The position numbers and the translations under genes are program-made. A stretch of 64,000 bases of DNA from Schizochytrium sp. TIO01 (taxonomy: Eukaryota; Protista; Bigyra: Labyrinthulomycetes). Below are positions 54,801-64,000 of this stretch, piece after piece. The DNA lies in the NCBI GenBank assembly GCA_004764695.1, contig SMSO01000033.1, positions 2,170,001 to 2,234,000 of the forward strand, given 5' to 3'. Numbering within the stretch: the first letter of the stretch is position 1; every line of letters begins with the position of its first letter. Under the pieces are notes generated by a model. The model ran no database searches, was not told the origin of the DNA, and worked only from the letters and a program-made list of their open reading frames with translations.

Positions 54801-55472
54801 AGTATAGAACAGTCTTTTAACTTAAAAAGAAAAGAAATGAAAAAAAAAAAGAGGTTTGTTACATTAAAAAGCTTGCATATATAGATCTCCAAGAAGAAGA
54901 GGAAAGATTGGTTCGTCTGTCGGCTGAGAGAGAAAAGAGAGAGAGAATGAGTCCAGGGCGATCCAGCTCGACCCCTCAATACATACGCAATAGAAGAAGA
55001 AGAAGAAGGAGAGGAATGAATTCATTGTTTTCTACTTGTTTTCGGCCTCTTTTGACCACGCTCCTTCCTCCTCTCCCTCCAAGCGGTTCTTTAAGACCAC
55101 GATACTCGATATTCTCCCGTTAGTCAGTTAGATACTTATCAGACGGGCAACTGCAAAGTTCGCTCATTCATTCCTGTCCTCCAAGCCTCCTTTCCTTTCC
55201 TTTCCAAGTTTCCAAGTTTCCTTTTCTCTCTCTCTCTCTCTCGCTCGCTCGCACTCAACTCACTCAGAGCTTTCGTGCATACTTGACAGGAAACAGGCGT
55301 GGCACGAGCCCGTAACAAGCAGCGGCGCCTCCACTCATCTCATCCCATGCACGGAAAGCTTCGAAGATCCGCGCAGAGGGTTTTCAAGATCGCCCTTGGG
55401 CTTCATTTGCCTTCAAATCTGCTTTTTTTGTTTTTGTTTCTTTTCTTCTTCCCACTGCGAAAGAAAGCGCGA

Positions 55473-55514
<42 letters not shown>

Positions 55515-55975
55515 TCGCTTTTGCCTGAAAATGTTACTTTGCGGCGACCCATCTCCGCAAAGCGAACCTTTGGGCTTTCTTTGTTTCTTTGTTTGTTTCT
55601 TTCAGAGAAGCGGCTTCGCAGCAGAGGCCTCTCATGCACGCATCCTCCGCTCTGACTTCTGTCTTCAATCTGTCTGACTGCGTATTGGCCGCCGCCTCCA
55701 ACGAACGAATGAATGCAGCGCAGCAACGATAGAGATAGAAAGAGCGTCGTTGGCCTCGTTCTTTTCCAAGCGCCGTCGCTGTTTTCGCCCTGGGGAGGCT
55801 CGCCTAGGGCTGTCTAGCGCGCGGATAGGGCTCAGTCGCAGAAAAGGGCCATAAAGTACGAGAGAAAGAAAGAAAGAAAGAAAGAAAGAAAGGAATGGAG
55901 GCCGAGTAGGGACCTCCATATTGCGATGGCGCATACAGCGAACTTGCCTCTGAAGGGTCCGCTCCTGCCGCCGCT

Positions 55976-56012
<37 letters not shown>

Positions 56013-56911
56013 CTGAGGCTGCCTGCGGAAAGAGGGCGGCCGGCTTCCCGCCCGCCGCTCGCTGGAGACCGCGCCGACTCAGCGAGAGACCGCACGCAAA
56101 GCCACCGCCCCATTAGCTCGGTCTGCGTCATTCTGTGATGCGTAGCGCGGGCCGACTTCTTCGATGTTATGTATACAAACAAACATACATACATACATAC
56201 ATTCATGCATTTTGGATACTATATGCATAGAAAGGTGCATAATAGAGAGAGAAAGATAGAAAGAGAAAGATAGAGTTACAGAGATGCATGCATGCATAGA
56301 TGCACGCAGGAATTGTGCGATGCTACATAACTCGCGATCTCCAATTCCTCCCTTCCGCTGGCTTCGTTCTCCCCCTCCGTATGGAGCAGAAAGATGGCGA
56401 AAGGAGAAGAAGATCCGTACGCTCACCCATGCCTGTCTGTCATTGATGTTGTTTGCAATGGACATGAAAGGCGCAAGTAAGTGCGTGAGTGAGTTTTGAG
56501 TAGACAATAAACAAATAACAAACAAATAACAAACAAATAATAAACAAATAAGAAAGAAATAAACGAAAGAATGAGCGAATAGATGAACAAATGAATGAAT
56601 GAAAAAATAATAAATGGCGAGAGGAGGATATAAACTGCGGCGCACGCTTGGGAGCTGCGCCTCGCGAGGCTAAGCTCTCCTCTGGAGGCGATAACGAACT
56701 CCAGGACGGAGACTACTGCGTGAGGGAGAGCCCTCGGCTTGCTTTCTTCTTCCCGGGCGTCATGGACCCGCCCTCCGCTGTCCGTGAGGGAACAAACAGT
56801 AGCCTCAAGGATGGATGGGTGGATGGATGGCTGCCTGCCCTGTGGCAGCAGTAGCCGAGGCGGCGGTTTCTGTCGGAAACGAGGCGCTTTGAGAAAATCA
56901 AGCCTCAAATC

Positions 56912-57030
56912 CGTTCATTCATTCGCTCTATTTCGCTCATTCATTCATTCATTCATTCATCGTTCGTTCATTCATTCATTCATTCATTCATTCATTCATT
57001 CATTCATTCATTCGTTCATTCATTCATTCA
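56912..57030. repeat. (ATTC)n microsatellite cluster
   Basis: Long interrupted TTCA run. Similar runs at ~27740, 43585, 48460 and 59706-59790, and (GAAT)n at ~53975. Confidence 0.9.
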
Positions 57031-60000
57031 ATGGGAATATCGCTTGAGGGCTCCCTTTTATATGCATGTATAACAGTAGTAGGTAAAGGAAATTCGAAGT
57101 TACATCTATTTTAATTAAAATTTAATTTCAAAAGAAGAAGAAGAAGAAGAAGAAGAAAAATGAAAAAAAGAAGGGTTTGCTCGAGGTCGATCGCCCATTT
57201 CTGGCCCAACCGAGCTCATTAAGACGTGGAAAGCGCGTCCTTCAGCAGCATCACGCCGTCATCCTTCGATTCTTTCTACTAGTTCCTTGGCTCTAGAAAC
57301 AGTAAAACAATCGAGATAGCTTAGCTCTCTCTGCCAATGAGTAGACTAGATTCGCATCTATTATTGGCGTTCTCCCTCTAAAAAAATCAACGCGTGATCG
57401 TTAGAACCCAGGCCTGCTACGAGTACCTCGCGCCATGAGAGGCAGAACGCCATGAAAGAAAATCTTAATAATTACGCTCGCGTGGCCGTCGTGTCGATCC
57501 TTTCTTTGCCTGTCCCTTTCAGCGTCGAGAACGGCCTTTCGCCTCAGACAAAGGTTTCATCTATTTCAATGTTTGTTGAAATGTGAACTTGAATTTCAAA
57601 CGAAAAAATATCTTTGGCGTGCACTCACAGTCTCATGACGATGACAGTTTCTGTCTGTGTAAAGTCTGTTCTCAAAAAGAATCAAATGGCGCTACAAGGG
57701 ACCATGAACCGCTGCGAGCTGGGCACTTCATGCGGTCGCCAGCGAGAGCAGGCAGACAAGCAAGCAAGCAAGCAAACGTCGAGGTCGCTGGTCCGTTGCT
57801 CCATCCGTTCTCCGTGGGCTGGCAGTTGGTTGGTTGGCTAGTCAGCCAGAGCACAGCAGAGCAGAGCAGAGCAGAGCAGCAACGGCGGTTGCTCTTGGGC
57901 GGAGACTCGGTCTTACGCGGTCTCGGTCTCGTTTCCAGGCAGCTCCAGGCACCTGCGCAGCTAGCTTCCGCCGGCGGCAGCGCGAAACTTGGAAACAGCG
58001 TGACACGGTGATGTGTATCTTGTAATCTCGCCGTGGAGGGCTCGAAAAACCATCGCATCTCCGCCTGCCTGCCTGCCTGCCTGCCTGGATCATTGGCAGA
58101 GATGCGGAATCGCCGCCTGGTTTGCGGCTCTCTTCTGCGCCGTGGATGGCCATGCATGCAGGCAGGACCTGGGCTGCTGCGGTGGTGAATGCGTGCGCAG
58201 GAACAACAATCCAGCGATCTCGCCTTTGGCGAATGGATGGAGGAGCTTCAAGATGTAAGAAGCGTGGTCCGCTGGAATCAACAGCCCAAACCATTCGTGC
58301 CGCGCGGTTTTCCTTTCGTTGCATGCGCGTGTTTGGCATCGGCGCGCCTCGCGCAGGGCGGCGAATGGGGAAGGCCTGCTGTTGTGTTTGTTGTTCTTCT
58401 TCTTCTCAGGCTTTGGCATTCAGAAGATGGTGGATTTGCATGCAGCCTGGAAAAAGCGAGCTTCGCCATGGCCATCGATTCGATTCGTGAGCTAGCGAGC
58501 TGGCCCAAGGTGCCGGTCGAGCGCCAGATCAGGCAAGCGCCGCAGCGCCTTCCCGATGGTCCCGTGCCGAGCTCTGGATGCCGCGCCGCTCGTGCTGACT
58601 CGTACGAGCGTGGCGAGCGCAATTCAGGCGACATTTCGCAGCAAATGAGAGACGCTTTTGCCAGGAAGAGGCGCGCTCAGCGCTTGAAGATCATGCCAAA
58701 TTCCTTATTGCGCACTGTCAGCCCTAACCCAAATACGCAAGCAACCACGATAAACAAACAAACAAACAAACAAATAAATAAACAAATATACGCAACCTCC
58801 TCCGAGTCTGTCTCACATCCTGCCCAGAATCCACACAGCCTCTCGCCCAATCTCTCGCCCCGCTCAGCTGATCCATGCTAGTATTTAGTTCCTCTCATCG
58901 CTATTGCTTGCTTGTACCTACAAGTAAGTGCTCCAGACTTCAGTCTCAAGATCCGCGATGCGCCAGAGCTCATGTTCGCGCAAACCTTGACGCTCCAGGA
59001 CATCCGCAATGGGCTCATTGGCACCGTTCGCCCCTCGGCTCCTCGTGTTTGTTCCCCAAGCGATTGGTTTGGGCCAAAGCGCTCGACCTCAACTGTACTA
59101 ACAAAGCCAAAGACTTGGCGGAGGCTTAGAAGGAAGCAAGCGCTGCTATCTTCCTCCCCAGCCAAGCTACCAAAGGCGCTGGGTCCCTCAAGCAAGCGAA
59201 CAAGCAATCAAAGAGACAAGCAAATGCGACGGCGAGCGGCCTTGGCTGGAAGACCTCGCGAGGGCTCCAAGGCTGGTGGCGAATGAGATGTTTGTTTGCC
59301 AATTTGTTGGTTTGATTGCCGCATTCTGGAACCCTGCGAGATCTAGGAATGACGGCGTCCTCTTCGCTGTCGTTGGGGCACTTTACGAGGCCTGCCAGAG
59401 GCCGCCGTTACTGGCACATGCTCATTCGCAGCAGGAGATCGTACGCTGCCGTCGTAAGCCCGAAGCGCCGCCTCGCATCGTAGTAGATGGAAAGGCAGGG
59501 AAGTCGGTCGTCGTGTAGACATTGTTTCTTTCTTTCTTTCTTTCTTTCTTTCTTTTGTTTTGGTTCTTGTTGTTGCTGTAAAGACTGACTTCTTCGGCAC
59601 ATGGGCTCTTTCATCTTGAAGCTGGCGAGTGTTATTGGGGTGACGATTGCGCTGCGTCAGTCAGACAGCCAGCCAGCCAGCCAGCCAGCCTACCTCTAGA
59701 TTGACCATTCATTCATTCATTCATTCATTCATTCATTCATTCATTCATTCATTCATTCATTCATTCATCATTCATTCATTCATTCATTCATTGCAGCTTC
59801 CTTGCAGCACTTCTATTTGCATTCTTACATACTCCTAGACCCTCTCCCCTCTCGTTTCTACCTGGGGTTGTTCGTGGTTAATTAACATTAAAATTGAATT
59901 AACAATAAAACTAAATTGAATCACACTTTAAAAAAATAAATCAAAATTAAATGAATTACTTTAGTCGATCACCATCGATCGGTGAAGATTTAGAATCGCT

Positions 60001-60354
60001 CATTCGCTCACTACTCCGCACTCTAGCGCAGGATTGAAGATCAGGAACCCCACCCACCCAGCGTATGCATGCATGCATGCATATGCATCATCGCTCGCAG
60101 GACGACGCCTCTGGGACTGCTGCCTCCGCCTCGCGTCGCTCGCCTTTGGGGCAGCGATCCTTCCTTTCCCAATCTCCAACTTTGTGGCCTCCGCAAAAGA
60201 AATAAGAAACAATAAGAGAACGAACTTTGCCTTCTTTCCTTCCTCCCTTTATCTTTATCTGAACGGTGAAAACAAAGCCAAACTATAAATCAAATGAAAA
60301 AGCACTAAGTGACCCTTCTGCGGCGCTACCAGCGCTCCTTTTCGAACAAAGAAG

Positions 60355-60356
60355 GA

Positions 60357-60439
<83 letters not shown>
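60355..60439. repeat. (GAAA)n microsatellite
   Basis: About 21 perfect units. Confidence 0.92.
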
Positions 60440-60440
<1 letters not shown>

Positions 60441-61839
60441 GCCTTCCATCTTGTTTTCTTTTTCTTTCCGTGGGCGCCCAGCTGCCAGCCAGCCAGCTCC
60501 TGGCTAGCCGTTCGTTACGCCGCGCTAGGAGACCAGCTCGAGGGGTAAGGTCTGATGGACGCAATGAGCGACTGGGGCGAAGAAAAAGAAAATGGCGAAC
60601 CCTGCGTTTCCTTTTATTCTTTATTCTGCGACGGATTGAAGATGAGATGAATGGCCAGTGCATCAAACAAATCAAATGCATCGTACGCCGGGGCGCTGGC
60701 CGACCTGCGCTGCTCTCTTCCCGGCTTCCCTCCCTGGAAAAGGAACCCTGGGCCTCGGCCGCTGACTGACTGATCAATTGATTGATTGATAAATCCTGCC
60801 ATTGATTGCATGCACGTACGAGTCGAACCAAATGCCCTTTGTTTGCCGACTATATCGCTCACCGTGATATTTGGGGTTGAAGTTGGGAAGATAAAGAGTA
60901 CAGAGAAAGGTAGCTAGCTTAATGTAAAAATGAAATAAATTAAAATGATTGAAAGCTTTTAATTCGAATAAAATAAATGATAGTTTTCTAAAAATTAAAA
61001 AGCGCTAGTAGCTCATTTACCGTGACTGTGACTGACTGGGTTCATAGTTTCGTGGATACTAAAAATGAAGATTGATTAGAGAAGAGGCGGAATACTCTGA
61101 TAGTATATATTTAATTTAAACAAATAATCATTGAGGAAAGATAGTTTTGAGAGGCGTCTTGAATCTTGTGGGTGAGATGCCCTGGGGTACTGGCTTTGGC
61201 CGGGCTGAATACAAGAAGACATATGTTTCGTTTTTGAATGCATCGGGCGATGCGGGAAATGAAAGAAAGCTGAAGTTTAAGCTGAGACGGATATTGGGTC
61301 GGTTGCATCGAATTCCTTTCCCAGCCTCCATATAATCAATTCCCTCAAGTTGCTTTTATCTTCCCTTGCTATCTTCTACATTGAAAAAGAAAAGAAAATT
61401 AAAGGCAAGAACAAGCCCTGAAGAAACAATAAACATGAAAAATAAGGAGAGCTTTCCTTTCTTCTTCCTTAGTTCCTGATGTATTTTATTTAATTTTCAA
61501 TTAAATTAAAACATATCTTATTTTAAAAACAAATACAAGGCCTATTACAGCAAATGAAAACATTGTCTCAGTAAACAAAGTCTCCAGAGAAAGGGGGCCA
61601 TCGAACAAAAGAATGAACTACTAATCAATCAATCAATCAATCAAAATCAGTAAATCAATCAATTACGCAGGAATGCCGAACTCTGCTTTCATCTCTCACT
61701 CAGTCTTCATCACTCTCAGGAAATCGCAAAGAAGATGCCTGTCGGCGCAAGCATGGCTCTCTGGGATACGCCCTTTTGCCGCCTACAAAACAAAACAAAA
61801 CAAAAGAAATAATCCTACGCACGCAGCCGCTTTCTTTCT

Positions 61840-61955
61840 GGCCTTGTTCCTTTTTTGGCCTTGTTCCTTCTTGGCCATGTTCCTTTTTTGGCCTTGTTCC
61901 TTCTTGGCCTTGTTCCTTTTGGCCTTGTTCCTTTTGGCCTTGTTTCTTTTTGGCT
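61840..61955. repeat. 15-17-bp minisatellite GGCCTTGTTCC(T/C)n, about 7 copies
   Basis: Tandem ggccttgttcc units separated by variable pyrimidine tracts. Confidence 0.85.
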
Positions 61956-64000
61956 TCCTAGACTGCCTTCGTCCCTCTTTCTCTCAACAAACCGTTCAAA
62001 CCACATCATCACCTTTCAATCAATCAACGGATTACTCAAATGCCCAAATGCGCTTCGAATGCTCTGGCGGTTTAGCCATTTCTTTCATGATCACCTGCAG
62101 AGAGAGCAAGAGAGAGAGAGAGGGGGAGAACAGAGCCCAGCCAGAACATGGGAACGGCGTGATGCCTCAGTGAGTTAGTTAGGGCGATCAAAGCCATGTC
62201 TTCCTCATGGGTTCCCGGAACGGTCCGAAGTATGGGTATGATATCATGATTTCCATGTTCAAGGATCTTTTCAGATCTCTAGCGCGGCCTCAGAGGTGCC
62301 GCCCGAAAGCGCAAAGAGATCGATCAGGTTGGGCACAGGTCAGCGGGCAACCTCCTCTTCTTCTCGCCAGAGACGAAGCTACGGCTTGACTTGAGCAAGA
62401 ATCAGCAGGATGTAGCAGATGATGTAGCTCAAAGTACATACAAGGGTTCTATTTCCACCCGCCCACCTGTGAGCGATGGTGTGCGCAGAGGACAGCGAGG
62501 CGCGCTTCGTGCAGTATGCCCCCCAAGAAGGGGTCATTTCAGCCGGGAGGGGGGTAGCCAGGGTGCCACGCGCCCAAGGGTCCAACTGTGGGCTCAATCA
62601 CGCGCTGCCTCTACCCAGTCTGATGAGTAACAAGCATCCTCGTGTTTGTTTGTCAATAGAAGTACTTGCAGAATTAAGCAAAGCTCGAAGTATTGACGTC
62701 CTTGGGCCTGGAGAAGAAGTCCTTGAGGAGCGGGCTTTGGCCCTCCTTCGGCGCGCGGAAGCGGTCCGCCGAGCGTCTCCGAGAGAACTGGCAGTATCCA
62801 CGCACCAAGTTTGACGAAAACGCTTGCTTGCGAACGAGGCTTGACTAAGCTTGGCTGCCTGCGAAGGAAAGAAGCCTCAAGACGGGCGTGTCGTTGGCAC
62901 TGCGGACTTTGGACTCGCTTCGAGGCGCTGATTGTTATATTGATGGGTTGATGTATTGATGTATTGATGTATCGATCAAGGCTGCGCTGCTTTCAACATA
63001 AACAAACGAAATGCTTTGCTTGCCAAGAAGCCGTTAGAGCTGGCGCCACTCCAGGCCTGAGAGCCTTTGCATGGAAGAATGGCCTCTTCGAAGGAGAGGA
63101 AGGAGGTCACAGCGCAAGCGATACACACACGTACACGCGCATTGAACAAGCTTGTAATTAAGTTGATTTGCACACACCTTCTGCGAACTGGAAAACGACA
63201 CGCACGCTGAGAAAAGCTCGACGGTCTTTCTTTGAAGGCTCTGCCGCAGCAGCTTTAGAGAAAAGATGCGAAGGCGATGTTGAAGGTATGCATATATATA
63301 TATATCTTGAACGTTCGAACTCGAGATGTTAGTTCATCTTTCGATTAGTTTCTCTTCTTCGATCATGATCGCACTCCCTCCATTCGACATTCGCCCTTCG
63401 AACCGGTCGTTGGATTCATTGGTTCCTTTCCTTCAGAGTTCTGATCTTCTTCTGCCTTTGCTCCTTTTGTTCCCGCCTGAGAGAAAAGGGTCACTTCAAG
63501 CAGAGCTGTAGAGTTAGTTGGAAGTACACTCTGCACACAAAGAGGGAGAAAGAAGCGTAATAACGCGGCAACAAACAGACGAAGCAAGAAACCAACGCTT
63601 TCTTTTCTCGTTGTCAGCAGACGGAGGAGCCATAATTGCGTGCAGACAGACAGATAGATGACAACAGAGCGCAGCGCGTCCAAGGGCCTTTCAGACTTCC
63701 TGAAGCGGGTTTCCAGCGCCTTGGAGCAGGAAAGATTGACATTCGGACGCCGCTCGCCGTGTACCCTATAGCGAAAGCGGAAATGCGCCGCCATTATTCC
63801 ATTTCATTTCATTTCATCAGATTTCATTTCATCTCATTTCAAGTCTTGTCATGTCATGTCATGTCATGGAGGAGGCGGCGTCACGCGCAAGCGCCGCTCA
63901 GGAAAGGATGAAAGAAAGAAAGAACGCCGCCAACGGTGCGCCCCACAGTGGCCCACAGCGCTGCCCGCTTTAGACAGCAGACGCTTATATAGAAAGCGCG

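Noticed and set aside
61840-61955. Short direct repeats that superficially resemble a CRISPR array
   Set aside because: Units are contiguous with no unique spacers, the context is eukaryotic and there are no cas genes.
42793-63911. Numerous 60-250 aa ORFs in the right third of the window
   Set aside because: They translate microsatellites (FIHSFIHS, KERKKERK, FLSFFLSF) and GC-rich blocks, many start at non-ATG codons, they overlap on both strands, and they show no motifs or codon bias.
1-64000. tRNA, rRNA or intact transposase/reverse transcriptase genes
   Set aside because: No tRNA cloverleaf, rRNA conserved cores, or DDE/RT/RuvC motifs were recognised by eye.

Overview
Eukaryotic genomic DNA with intron-poor, single-exon CDSs and abundant tetranucleotide microsatellites. 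The style suggests a thraustochytrid/labyrinthulomycete stramenopile (Aurantiochytrium/Schizochytrium-like); this assignment is inference. The left ~39.6 kb is gene-dense with ten credible CDSs: a 2554-aa four-repeat CNGK/tetraKCNG-type K+ channel fused to a C-terminal RGS domain, a type-B carboxylesterase, an importin-alpha-like ARM protein, cytosolic AspRS with an N-terminal WHEP domain, an RCC1-repeat protein, an HMG-box/histone-fold/PIP-box protein, a large TPR protein and three unknown proteins. A non-coding stretch at ~27.9-29.0 kb folds by eye into an extensive nested secondary structure whose G-U pairs favour the + strand; it is a candidate large ncRNA of a family I could not identify. 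From ~39.6 kb there is a decayed AT-rich segment with a stop-interrupted reading frame and a short (CTAAC)n tract. The final ~21 kb is a gene desert of microsatellites, minisatellites and alternating AT-rich and GC-rich blocks. The top leads are the CNGK-RGS fusion channel and the structured ncRNA candidate.
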